Notes under the pieces: model-generated
The model's database searches: none
What the model was told of the DNA's origin: nothing
Seen by the model: only the letters and a program-made list of their open reading frames with translations
Source of the DNA: Nannocystales bacterium
GTDB lineage: Bacteria > Myxococcota_A > Polyangia > Nannocystales > Nannocystaceae
Length of the DNA stretch: 64,000 bases
Assembly: GCA_050633305.1 (NCBI GenBank)
Contig: JBOEGF010000038.1
Location: 97,972-161,971 of the forward strand
Reading direction: 5' to 3'
Shown here: positions 19,778 through 29,036 of the stretch, piece after piece
How positions within the stretch are numbered: the first letter of the stretch is position 1
Layout of the letters: each line of letters begins with the position of its first letter
Translations under genes and position numbers: made by a program

Positions 19778-20867
19778 GGACGTAGTTTCGGAAGCTGTGC
19801 AGGGGATCGACGATGCTCGCTCCGGCTCGAGCCAAGGCGTGCTCCCCGAAGCTCGGGATCTCGTGCGGCGCAGCTTTGCGCTCGAGGATGAATTGGTCTG
19901 CCCACTCACCCACGATGCTGCGAAAGAGCGACGGACCCAGCAGAGCGTGCAGCTGTGGTTCTCTGCGGGCGAAGATCAAGTTGTTCAGCAGACCCACCGC
20001 GACTCGCTCCTCGTCGACCTCAACTGGGGTTCGTCGTCGCGTGTTGGCCACCAACTCGGCGACACGGTCGAACTCGGCGCGATAGCCTTCGGGTCGTTCG
20101 GCCCACACGGGGTCGGTGTGCTCGACGACCACGGTCAGTGGCTGGTCCGCCACGCGGAGCACGGCGCATAGCAACTCGAGGACCTCTTCGGCTAGGGGCT
20201 CACCATGGGCGTCATGCCAGACGCCTCGACGGTCCTTCTTCACCCCGGACAAGTGGATGCAACTGACAAGGTCGAGGTCGACGAAGCCGAGCATCATGGT
20301 CGACGAGATGCCGCAGTTGCGGGCGTGAACACACAGGTGGGCGAGATCGAGGACCATGGAGATGCCCTCGGTGGCACACAACGCGTTGGCCAAAGCCCAG
20401 GCACGTCGAATCGCACCCAGGTCCACGTCGTAGAAGTTTGCGTTCTCGATCAGAATCGGCCACGGCAAGCGTTCACGGGCCGTGTCGAAAAACCGCCGGG
20501 CGGCGCGATCGTTGTCCTCGGTCGAGACATACGCGGGCCCAGCTCCAAGCCAGCCCATGCCCGAACGGTATGGACCGCACAGGTGCACGCCGATGGAGTC
20601 TACGCATGGCGGCGCGCGCTCCAACACGTCGTCGAGGAAGGCGTCTTGAATGGGTGGTCGTTCGCAGACGGGCGCTCGGGACAGGTGCACAGAGCGGTGT
20701 TTGATGGAGGCGAGAGCCTGGCCCTTCTCACAGCCGATCGCGTTCCACCCCGCTTCGAGATGTTCGACATACGGCGGCAAGTCGAGATGACCGTCGACGA
20801 TGGCCGGGGTGTAGCCACAGCCAATGCGGTGTGTGACCGATTGGGAGAAAGGGGCGGGCATGGGCAA
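19725..20867 (-). CDS. DUF692/MNIO iron enzyme with about 100-aa C-terminal extension
   Basis: SVHL, GVHL, ILIEN, LDLAH, IHLSG, HDAH and VVEH ligands; extension PQLHALLGPSLF recalls DUF2063-type partner domains. Confidence 0.88.
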   Translation of the reverse strand: MPMPAPFSQSVTHRIGCGYTPAIVDGHLDLPPYVEHLEAGWNAIGCEKGQALASIKHRSVHLSRAPVCERPPIQDAFLDDVLERAPPCVDSIGVHLCGPYRSGMGWLGAGPAYVSTEDNDRAARRFFDTARERLPWPILIENANFYDVDLGAIRRAWALANALCATEGISMVLDLAHLCVHARNCGISSTMMLGFVDLDLVSCIHLSGVKKDRRGVWHDAHGEPLAEEVLELLCAVLRVADQPLTVVVEHTDPVWAERPEGYRAEFDRVAELVANTRRRTPVEVDEERVAVGLLNNLIFARREPQLHALLGPSLFRSIVGEWADQFILERKAAPHEIPSFGEHALARAGASIVDPLHSFRNYVHERVQRILADRSNPERQ

Positions 20868-20893
20868 CTCTGCGATACAGGCGGGGGGGCGCA

Positions 20894-20913
20894 GGACGCT
20901 CGGGCGAGCGTCC
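20894..20913. promoter_or_regulatory. Perfect GC-rich stem-loop between precursor and first enzyme gene
   Basis: GGACGCTC-gggc-GAGCGTCC, an 8-bp inverted repeat with no clear U-tract. Confidence 0.55.
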
Positions 20914-20935
20914 CACGCGGTCGTCGCGGTAGGGC

Positions 20936-21112
20936 CTACGCGACCGTGATGATGTAGTCGCCGCAGGTTGCAGGAGCCGACACGGGGACCGCTGGCGCTG
21001 CCGCTCTGGCACCCCCGACCACGGCCTGGAGCACTGCGGTGTCGAGAGAGTCGAGCGTCCGGGTTTGACGGTCGTCGTTGCGGGGGCTCTTGTTATTGTT
21101 CTTGTTGGTCAT
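20936..21112 (-). CDS. RiPP precursor peptide, 58 aa, double-glycine leader
   Basis: Manual translation: MTNKNNNKSPRNDDRQTRTLDSLDTAVLQAVVGG-ARAAAPAVPVSAPATCGDYIITVA*; GAAGAG upstream of the ATG; shorter than any ORF in the track. Confidence 0.85.
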   Translation of the reverse strand: MTNKNNNKSPRNDDRQTRTLDSLDTAVLQAVVGGARAAAPAVPVSAPATCGDYIITVA

Positions 21113-21139
21113 CGTTGTTGCTCTTCGTTTGTTGTTGGT

Positions 21140-21640
21140 TCAGGGAGTGAGCAGCCGCTTGGATAGCCACAGCTCGTCGTGGAATTTTCCGCCCAGCATG
21201 AGCGCGTCGCAGCGCCGCCCCTCGACCTCGAACCCCAGGCCGCGGTACAGCTCCAGGGCGCGTAGGTTGTCTTCGCGGACGGTCAGCTCGACCCGTCGGA
21301 TTCCGTTGCGAGTGGCATGGGCCAGCGCGGTCTCGAACAGCCGCCGCCCGATGCCGAATCCCCAGTGCTGCTGGAGCACGCCGATCCACGCGCGCGCCAC
21401 GTGGGCGTTGCGCTGCAATCCGCCCCGCTGCATTCCGCAGAGCGCGACGATGTGGCACCCGTCGAGGGCAACGAACGTCCACGCCGTGGAATGCTCCAGC
21501 ATGCTGCGTGTGCTGGTCTCCGAGACCTCCTCTGGGGCAGGGAGGAGGAGGTCCGTCTGTCGAGCCAGAGCCTGGCGCAACTCGAAGATGGGCAGTGTCT
21601 CTGCCGAGTTGGCGAGTCGGTATTCGAAACTGGGCGTCAT
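21140..21640 (-). CDS. GNAT family N-acetyltransferase
   Basis: IGVLQQHWGFGIGRRL acetyl-CoA motif; VELTVREDNLRALELYRGLGF. Confidence 0.9.
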   Translation of the reverse strand: MTPSFEYRLANSAETLPIFELRQALARQTDLLLPAPEEVSETSTRSMLEHSTAWTFVALDGCHIVALCGMQRGGLQRNAHVARAWIGVLQQHWGFGIGRRLFETALAHATRNGIRRVELTVREDNLRALELYRGLGFEVEGRRCDALMLGGKFHDELWLSKRLLTP

Positions 21641-22059
21641 GGGTTCTTGCGGGCGGGCATAGAGGCCCTCTACGTCCACGCTCGAACTTCTGACGCGGCA
21701 AATCGACGAAGCGCAGCCTGCGACAGGTGGTAGGCGATCGTAGACGCGGTGGCGCAAAGCAAGCGCCGCCGGCTGAGGATGGCGGCGTCGCTCAAGGCAA
21801 ACGCATCCCTCGCTACGCTCTGCATCGACCGCACCGGGGGGAGCGACGGTGGGGCGAAGTCTGTTGGAGGCTGGCCCGGTGTTTTGGTGCCACGGCCCCA
21901 GACCCTCCGAGATGTGTGTACCCGCGAACTGCACTGCGCGACGCAGTGGTCCCGGGTGCAAGCGTTTCGACCGGCTGTTCTCGGCGCGAGAACGACGGGT
22001 TCTCAATCTGTGGCGTTGTCCACGTCCCCTCCTGGGCTCAACCTGGAACGGAGGTCGAG

Positions 22060-22584
22060 ATGAACAGCGAATCGAACAACGAGTTTCCAGTGCAGCCCAT
22101 CCGGGGCAAACATCGGATCGAGGCGTCCATTGAGGTCGACGCGCCCATCGAGGCGGCGTGGGCAGTGATCGCCGACTTCAACGACATCTACCTGTGGGCG
22201 CCCTCCGTCGAGGACTCCCGCGGTATCACGGCATCGCAACGCTGCGTGGGGGCAGGACGGCAGTGCACGATCAAGGGGTTCGGAAAGATCGACGAGGTCA
22301 TCACCGATTGGAAGGAAGGCCGCGAGTTCACCTACGCCGTGGGGGCCCTCGGACCGTTCAAGGGGTCGCGCAGCCGCTGGCAGCTGGAGAGCCTGAGTCC
22401 AACCCGGAGCCGCCTGACGCTACAGCTCTCGTACGACATGCGAATGGGATTCCTGGGGGACGCGATGAACGCCCTCGTGATGCGTCGGAAGCTGCAACAG
22501 TCGCTGGACGGGATCTTGGAGCCGTTCAAGCGCCGGGTCGAGACCGGTGAGGTTCTGCGCCCCGTTCGCTCCGCGGCGGCCTGA
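22060..22584 (+). CDS. SRPBCC (polyketide cyclase 2-like) family protein
   Basis: IEVDAPIEAAWAVIADF...W.P; GGAGG RBS upstream. Confidence 0.85.
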   Translation: MNSESNNEFPVQPIRGKHRIEASIEVDAPIEAAWAVIADFNDIYLWAPSVEDSRGITASQRCVGAGRQCTIKGFGKIDEVITDWKEGREFTYAVGALGPFKGSRSRWQLESLSPTRSRLTLQLSYDMRMGFLGDAMNALVMRRKLQQSLDGILEPFKRRVETGEVLRPVRSAAA

Positions 22585-22790
22585 AACGGGGAGCTGATGA
22601 TGCGACGGAACACGGCGATGACCGAGGGGCAGGGCTCGGACACGACAATGGCGACGGTCTATCGAGATGCGGTCGCTGGCACGCTCGAGCGTGTGATCGA
22701 CGCGCAGGTCAGGGCGCTCTCGGACGACCTCGTTTGAAACGTCGGGCAGGCACGCGCGTTGCTTCGCCCAACCCCACCCAACTCAGGCCC

Positions 22791-23564
22791 ATGCGACCTC
22801 CCCATCTCAGTCTCTCGCCAGCCATCACCGCTTTCGTCTCGGCGATGGCCTGCAGCAGCCCCTCCCCCGAAGATCCCTTGGTGACGACGCAGCAGCCGAC
22901 GGCTTCGCCCAACGCCATCGAGCACAATCGTGTTCCACAGGATGCGCAGCGAGACGCGCTTCGACACCCCGAGGTGTTCATGGACTTCGCTGGTGTGGCT
23001 CCCGGCCACCAGGTTCTCGAGCTCGGCGGAGGCGACGGCTACACCTCGATGCACATTGCACGGCGCGCGGGCCCTTCGGGCGGCGTGTTGGCGGTCAACC
23101 CCCCGCAGTGGAGCACGTTCATGCGGCCCTACATCGCAGCCCGGTTGGCAAACGGGCCCGTCGCTGGCCTCACCTTCGCCGAGCGGCCGTTCGACGACCC
23201 CGTGCCACCGGGGCATGTGCCTTTGGACCTCGTCGTCTGCGTGCTCATCTACCACGACATCCTCTACATCGACGTCGACCGCGCACGGATGAACGAACGC
23301 CTGTTTGCCGCCCTCGAGCCGGGAGGGAAACTTCTCATCATCGATCACGCCGCTGGGGACCCGAACGACCTCTCGGTCGGGGGAACGCTGCACCGGATCG
23401 GCAAGGACGCCGTGATCGACGAGGTCACGGCGGCCGGCTTCTCGTTGGTGAACGAATCGGACGCGCTCAGCATGCCCGAAGACCCACATACCGGGCTTGC
23501 ATGGACCGACCCGCAACCCCGTACCGACCGCTTCGTGCTGTTGTTTGAGAAGCCGAAACGCTGA
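22791..23564 (+). CDS. Class I SAM-dependent methyltransferase, lipoprotein-like
   Basis: RDALRHPE, VLELGGGDGY, ALEPGGKLLIIDH, LHRI and TDRFVL motifs; SAMAC lipobox-like. Confidence 0.85.
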   Translation: MRPPHLSLSPAITAFVSAMACSSPSPEDPLVTTQQPTASPNAIEHNRVPQDAQRDALRHPEVFMDFAGVAPGHQVLELGGGDGYTSMHIARRAGPSGGVLAVNPPQWSTFMRPYIAARLANGPVAGLTFAERPFDDPVPPGHVPLDLVVCVLIYHDILYIDVDRARMNERLFAALEPGGKLLIIDHAAGDPNDLSVGGTLHRIGKDAVIDEVTAAGFSLVNESDALSMPEDPHTGLAWTDPQPRTDRFVLLFEKPKR

Positions 23565-23789
23565 GGTCGCGCAACACCGCGACGATTCGTCGGTCCCGGC
23601 CAAGATGCGCTGCTAGGCACAACCTGGCGTACATCGGCCCACCCGAGTTGGGGACGGCCCCTAGACCGTCTTTGCCGTTCCCGCGTTCCTCTGCAGGTCG
23701 GCTTGACGCTCCCACGCTCTCCAGTACGTTGAGTCCGCGTTCGATGAACGCTCTGGCACCACAAACGCCGTCTTCGCCGAGGTATCGAC

Positions 23790-24557
23790 ATGACCCAAGC
23801 TCTCGTTCCCACCACGGAGTCCCCCAAGCGGGGTCCTCTTCGCGAACTGCTTGTCGCCGCGGGCGCAACCTGCATCGCCCTCGCGCTGCCCAGCGCGCTG
23901 ATCACCAACCACTCCAACGACGGCTGGCCACTCATGGTTGCGATGTCGATGCTTGCCTTCGCGTCGTACCCGATGTCGCGTGCCTCCAACCTCTTCGCGC
24001 AACTCTTCGCTCGCGCAATCTGGTGGCAAGCCCTCGCTTTCGGTCTCGTGCTCGGCCTCGGTCATGCGCTGGGCGAAATCAACGGGTCCATTTCGAGCGC
24101 GGTCCCCATGTATCTGTTGGGCGGTGCCCTCACACTCGGCGCAGCTGGCAAGGTTGGTCTCGACTTTGAGTCCGCGTATTTCGTCCCGAACGAGTTTCGG
24201 CGCAGCCTCACCGCCTCGCTGGTGATGGCGATGGCCGACACCATCGCTCTGCTGTTCTACGCTGGCATTGTCCTCGTCGATGGCTCGGTGCGCGGGTCAG
24301 TGCTCCTCGACGTTGCGGAGTTCACCGGTGCGGCGCTCGTGATGGTCGTGGCGCTGGTCGGGTTGTACCGAATTAAGGTGTGGGGCCTCGTTCTCAACAT
24401 CGGTGCCAACATCCTCATCGCGACCCTCGCGGTGACGGGCGTGTTCGACATCCCCCCGGTCATCGCGTTCGGGCTCGCGGCCACAGCCCTCGCCCAGCTG
24501 TTCCTGCCGATCCCCCTGCTGGTCCGCGCGGCCCGAAGCAGGCGCGACGCAGCCTAG
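23790..24557 (+). CDS. Integral membrane protein
   Basis: About eight hydrophobic segments; GAGG RBS. Confidence 0.8.
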   Translation: MTQALVPTTESPKRGPLRELLVAAGATCIALALPSALITNHSNDGWPLMVAMSMLAFASYPMSRASNLFAQLFARAIWWQALAFGLVLGLGHALGEINGSISSAVPMYLLGGALTLGAAGKVGLDFESAYFVPNEFRRSLTASLVMAMADTIALLFYAGIVLVDGSVRGSVLLDVAEFTGAALVMVVALVGLYRIKVWGLVLNIGANILIATLAVTGVFDIPPVIAFGLAATALAQLFLPIPLLVRAARSRRDAA

Positions 24558-24608
24558 GGGGGACGACGGCCGTACCTGCACCCAGGCCTCCGAGACCCGT
24601 ACCGTTCG

Positions 24609-25244
24609 TCACGATGCGACCGGGTCGCGAGGGGCCGACGACGGTCGCGCGTACACACGCTCTACGGGAACCCGAAGGGCTTCAAGCGCCCCACGATGCG
24701 TCCGTTGCTCGCGTACGAAGTCACTGATGTCCTCGATCGACAGGGTCTCCTCGGACACGAATCGACGCAGCATCGTCCCACGCAACCCGAGCTGAACCGC
24801 GCGTCTGGCCAGCTTGCCACCGGTCGGACCATGGTCGGGATCCCACTGAAGCCGGACCTCTGACCTCCGCAGCGCACGCTTCCAGGCGTCGCGGCTTTCG
24901 AGACCGGACGCGCCGAAGCTGGAAGCGACGGCCGTGTCGAGCAGTGTGTCGAAGAAGGCCCGCCGCACGCGAATCGCCAGCACGCGGGCCTGTTCGTCGT
25001 CAGCTTGCAGCCAGTCGCAGCGGTACATCATCCACATGAAGTTGGGCTTGATCCAGCTCATGCGATCCAGCGAGTACCGCGGGCCTCCGAGTTGTTGGTG
25101 CTCCACGGCGTGCGCTGCCGTGACGGCATTGAAGGCCTGGTACACCACGATCGAGTCGCGGTCGTACTGCGCCAACACAACCTGCCCGGAGGCGGGCCAA
25201 GTATCACGGAGCGAGAGATACGGGGCGATGTCGAGTTCGATCAC
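24609..25244 (-). CDS. DUF4291 family protein
   Basis: IVVYQAFN, RMSWIKPNFMWMMYR, VRLQWDPDH and RRAVQLGLRG motifs. Confidence 0.9.
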   Translation of the reverse strand: MIELDIAPYLSLRDTWPASGQVVLAQYDRDSIVVYQAFNAVTAAHAVEHQQLGGPRYSLDRMSWIKPNFMWMMYRCDWLQADDEQARVLAIRVRRAFFDTLLDTAVASSFGASGLESRDAWKRALRRSEVRLQWDPDHGPTGGKLARRAVQLGLRGTMLRRFVSEETLSIEDISDFVREQRTHRGALEALRVPVERVYARPSSAPRDPVAS

Positions 25245-25375
25245 GGAGCGGAACCTGCGTCGTGCAAGTCCCACCATGACCGTTCGCTGGCTCGTGTCCA
25301 GGCGACAAAGCAAAAAAATGAGACCTACAGCCAAGCCGGTTCATCGTCGTTCCAGCGCACGAAGGCCATTCGCGC

Positions 25376-26434
25376 TCAGGGATCCGAGGCGCTCGGGAGC
25401 GTGGCGATCCACGAGGCGGTGTGCGTCCCGATTGCGGTCGGCTGCACCTCCTGCAGGTAGTGAAGGCCCGACCCGACATCGATCGTCTTCATGCGCGGGA
25501 GGTCCCGCTCGAGCTCGGGGCGCGTCTTCTTGGTCCAGATCATGCCCGGGTCTGCGTAGAGCATCAGCAACGGCGTGGACGAAGAGCGAAGCCACGCGTA
25601 GTTGGCAGCGATGCGTGTCGCGTTGTCCGCTGGCTCCTCGTCCAACGGGATCTCCCGCGGCCATTGGGCCACAGGTCGGCGGGATTCGACGGTCGGGTAC
25701 GGCTCGCGATACGCCGCCATCTCAGTGTCCGTCAGCGTCCGTCCCGACATCATGGGCAGGAGCTTTTCGACGAAGTAGTTGTCCTCCGCGAGCAACTCGT
25801 GCCCCTGGTCCGGGTCTCGTAGGCGCTTGAAGAGGAAACGGCTGGGTGCGTCGGCATCCTCGAGCGACATGGGTTTCAAGACCGCCTCGAAGTGCGCAAT
25901 TCCGCGGACGTTGTCCGCGTGCCGAGCGGCGTAGTCGATCGCGACTCCGCCTCCCCAGTCGTGTGCGACCAGGACGACGTCATGGAGGTCGAGCTTGGCG
26001 ATGAAGGCATCAAAGTACGCCGCGTGGTCTTCGAACCGGTAGTCGAGATCTGGCTTCCCACTCTTGCCCATCCCAATCAGATCCACTGCGATGACTCGCC
26101 CCGAGCTCTCGAGATGCGGAATGACGTTTCGCCACAGGTAGGCGCTCGTCGGATTGCCATGCACGAGCACGATCGGGGGCCCCTGCGGGTCTCCGGCCTC
26201 GACGTAGGCCATCTCGCTGTCCAACACCTCGACGGTCTCGTACTCGAAGGGGAAGTCCCCGCTGATGCCGGGCTCCACCTTCTTGGCTTTGGGCGCCATC
26301 GCGGGCATCACGGCCAGACAGCCTGTGGCCAGCCACCCCGACATCGCTGCGAAGATTCCGCCCGCTCGGGCTGGCCCGCTCCCTTTCCGACGCGTCTCAC
26401 TCGGGTTCGCTTGTGGAGGATGTGTGTTCGGCAC
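25376..26434 (-). CDS. Haloalkane dehalogenase (DhaA/LinB-like) with lipoprotein-like N-terminus
   Basis: HGNPTSAYLWRN, DLIGMGKSGKP, HDWGG, FEA, WPREIP, GLHYLQE; LATGC upstream of the catalytic domain. Confidence 0.9.
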   Translation of the reverse strand: MPNTHPPQANPSETRRKGSGPARAGGIFAAMSGWLATGCLAVMPAMAPKAKKVEPGISGDFPFEYETVEVLDSEMAYVEAGDPQGPPIVLVHGNPTSAYLWRNVIPHLESSGRVIAVDLIGMGKSGKPDLDYRFEDHAAYFDAFIAKLDLHDVVLVAHDWGGGVAIDYAARHADNVRGIAHFEAVLKPMSLEDADAPSRFLFKRLRDPDQGHELLAEDNYFVEKLLPMMSGRTLTDTEMAAYREPYPTVESRRPVAQWPREIPLDEEPADNATRIAANYAWLRSSSTPLLMLYADPGMIWTKKTRPELERDLPRMKTIDVGSGLHYLQEVQPTAIGTHTASWIATLPSASDP

Positions 26435-26485
26435 CCCGAAACCTTGAACATGCCGACGGCGTTTCGGTAGGCACACAAACGCCCA

Positions 26486-27394
26486 ATGGATGACCAAGAA
26501 TCGCCAGCACCGTTCGACTGGGATGACGCTCGCGTCTTCTTGGCCGCGTATCGGTGCGGCTCGTCCCTGGGTGCAGCTCAGCGGCTCTCGGTCAGCCACT
26601 CCACGGTTCGGCGCCGCCTCGCGGGGCTGGAGCGAGCCTTGAACGCTCGGCTGTTCACGGCAACTCCGGATGGCCTGCACCCCACCCAAGCCGCAGAAGC
26701 AGCGCTCCCGGCCGCCGAGGCCTTGGAGCGAGCGGCATCGACATTCGTTCATCAGCTCCAGGGGGGAAGCCGAGCCCTGCAAGGCTCACTGCTGGTGACG
26801 ACGCTCCATGGGCTCGCCGGACTCATCGCACCGAGCGTCAAGCGATTCACTGAACGATATCCCCAGGTCGCTCTCACGCTGCGGTGCGAAAACCAGATCA
26901 AGGACCTCGCGCGTCAAGAGGCCGACATCGCGATCCGCCTCGTCAACACGCCCGACGAGACACTGTTCGGTCGGAGAATTGGGCGGGTTGGCTTCGGCGC
27001 ATATGCGGCCCCCTCGCTGATCGCTCGCTACGGCCGCGACATGACTGCGCTGCCATGGATCCTCTGGGACACCAGGGCTGGCGCGGAGCAGACCGAGCGC
27101 TGGTACGCCGAGCGCTCCAACGGTCGGGCGCCCGTCCTGCGGGTCACCGACGTTTCGGCCATGCTCGGTCTGGCTCGCAACGGAGTCGGCGGAGCCGTCC
27201 TCCCCATCCCGTTGGTTTCCGGGAGCGGGCTCGAGCCCGTCGAAGCGCGAATCGCCGGGTTCGACACCGACATCTGGTGTCTGTGCCACCGTGATGCTCG
27301 GAACTCCGAGCGGGTGCGAGCGTTCATGCACGAAGCCTCGACGACTGGCGCCCGGATTGCCGCGGCGCATGCGTCCGAAGAGGGGGAAGCCTAG
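26486..27394 (+). CDS. LysR family transcriptional regulator
   Basis: WDDARVFLA...SHSTVRRRLAGLE HTH; EADIAIR; divergent from the dehalogenase. Confidence 0.93.
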   Translation: MDDQESPAPFDWDDARVFLAAYRCGSSLGAAQRLSVSHSTVRRRLAGLERALNARLFTATPDGLHPTQAAEAALPAAEALERAASTFVHQLQGGSRALQGSLLVTTLHGLAGLIAPSVKRFTERYPQVALTLRCENQIKDLARQEADIAIRLVNTPDETLFGRRIGRVGFGAYAAPSLIARYGRDMTALPWILWDTRAGAEQTERWYAERSNGRAPVLRVTDVSAMLGLARNGVGGAVLPIPLVSGSGLEPVEARIAGFDTDIWCLCHRDARNSERVRAFMHEASTTGARIAAAHASEEGEA

Positions 27395-27435
27395 GGGCCG
27401 TGCGACCCGCACGGCCTCCCACACTGCCCGAGTCC

Positions 27436-28713
27436 CTACTCGCAGGTCTCGCCGCCGAGCAACAGGTACGTGGAGCAGACGCCCTCGCCTGAGCACCACA
27501 TGTTGCCGATGGCGTCCTGGGGAGCGATACCGGCTGCGATGGCCTCGTCCTCACAGTCCTGAGCGGTCTCACACGTTCCCGTGCAGGCGGTGTAGTAGCA
27601 GAAGTAGCCATCCCAGGTCGTCGTGCACATACCGCTCTCGCAGGCCGAGCCTCCCTGTCCCAGGCAGTCAGCGCCAAACGGCAGCAACCCGGAATCCACG
27701 CACGCCCCATCTTGAATCATCGTGCCCGCCGGGCACTCGAAGTCGCGCAGGCGGGTGAGGGCGCTGGGGCCGACCCAATACAGAGCGGCAAGATCGGCCA
27801 AGGTGGCGAGTGGTCGGTTGTTGACAATGCTGGTCGCCGCCCATACGTGCAGCGGGACCACATCGTCGAGAAACTCGAAGCTCGCCTCGTTCGCCAGCTC
27901 CAGTGTTGCCAACGCTTGCGCGTCGGTGAAGGTCACGCCTTCGATCGTGCCGCCCAGGGAAGTGCCGTAGAGAAGCTCCAGTGGGGCGGTGGGGACCCGA
28001 TACTCGACGACGCCTCCGCCGTACAACGCCGTGGTGATCTCCTGTTCGGCGGCGGGGTTCCCCAGTGGTGTGGTGTCCTCCGCCCGGATTTGGACGGTGT
28101 GGTAGCCGGAGATGAACGGTCCGACGTTCGGGCAGCTTCCGCTGGTGTTCTGGGTCTCGACCAACCCGATGGTCTCTCCCGCATCGGTCTCCACGAACAC
28201 GACACACGCATCGCCGACCCCGGTGAAGGTTCCGGTGCCGCCGTTGTCATAGGTGCCACCCCAGAGCCACTCGGTGAGCGGCCCGGTGAGCGTGTAGTAG
28301 TCGACGGCGCGGCCGCTGGCTTGGTCGAACGTGACCGCCAAGTTCTGCAGCGCGTTCGAGTCGGTGATGGGCGTCGCGTCGGCATCGTTCCACTCGAGCA
28401 GGCGATCGTCGCCGCTGAGGAACGGGGTCAGCTGTTGGCAGTGGGGCAGCTCGTCGTTGTCGAACGACACGACCAACGCGGCCCACGGGCTTTGCCCTGG
28501 GGCGGGATCCTCCCGGTACGTGTGCAGCACGCAGATGTCCCCGAGCGGGAAGATGCCATCGGTGTTGCCCTCGACCGCGAACCCGCGCGTTGAGGAGGTG
28601 AGCCCACTCCGGGTCTGAACGTCTCCCTCGGGGCCGAGGTCTTCGGCCGCACATGCGGTGACGAGCAGCAGGGGCAAGGCGAGGAGGGCGGGGGCAGTTT
28701 GAATGGCTCGCAT
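27436..28713 (-). CDS. Lipoprotein with duplicated domain, helix-hairpin-helix module and Cys-rich tail
   Basis: LVTAC lipobox; LANEASFEFLDD...LAALYWVGPSAL HhH-like; Cys-rich C-terminus. Confidence 0.8.
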   Translation of the reverse strand: MRAIQTAPALLALPLLLVTACAAEDLGPEGDVQTRSGLTSSTRGFAVEGNTDGIFPLGDICVLHTYREDPAPGQSPWAALVVSFDNDELPHCQQLTPFLSGDDRLLEWNDADATPITDSNALQNLAVTFDQASGRAVDYYTLTGPLTEWLWGGTYDNGGTGTFTGVGDACVVFVETDAGETIGLVETQNTSGSCPNVGPFISGYHTVQIRAEDTTPLGNPAAEQEITTALYGGGVVEYRVPTAPLELLYGTSLGGTIEGVTFTDAQALATLELANEASFEFLDDVVPLHVWAATSIVNNRPLATLADLAALYWVGPSALTRLRDFECPAGTMIQDGACVDSGLLPFGADCLGQGGSACESGMCTTTWDGYFCYYTACTGTCETAQDCEDEAIAAGIAPQDAIGNMWCSGEGVCSTYLLLGGETCE

Positions 28714-29036
28714 GTCGATCTCCTTGAAGGCGGTGGAACTCGGGTCATTCGACCCGGCCACGCGCGAAACGAGCGTCGTCTATCACGAGCTGTCGGGTTC
28801 AGATACGAGGGAATGCGGTCTTCACTCAATCGTTGTCCTACTGTTGCGAATGCGCGGGGTGGTCGCTTGAATGAAACGGGGGGCGGCCCTCGGGTCGGGT
28901 CAATGGTGACCGGCCGGGCGTATTGTGAGGATGTCTCCGCTCACACTTTTGCCGTCGCGTCTCCCTTTCTGTGCCGGTCCTCTGGCAGACTCCCTCCGGG
29001 TTCTGCAGTGTGGGCGCCTTCGGCTTGGGCGGCGCC

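Noticed and set aside
21093..21701. 202-aa ORF ending QQQTKSNNDDQQEQ as the precursor
   Set aside because: Shadow frame of the GNAT gene; the true peptide is in another frame starting at 21112
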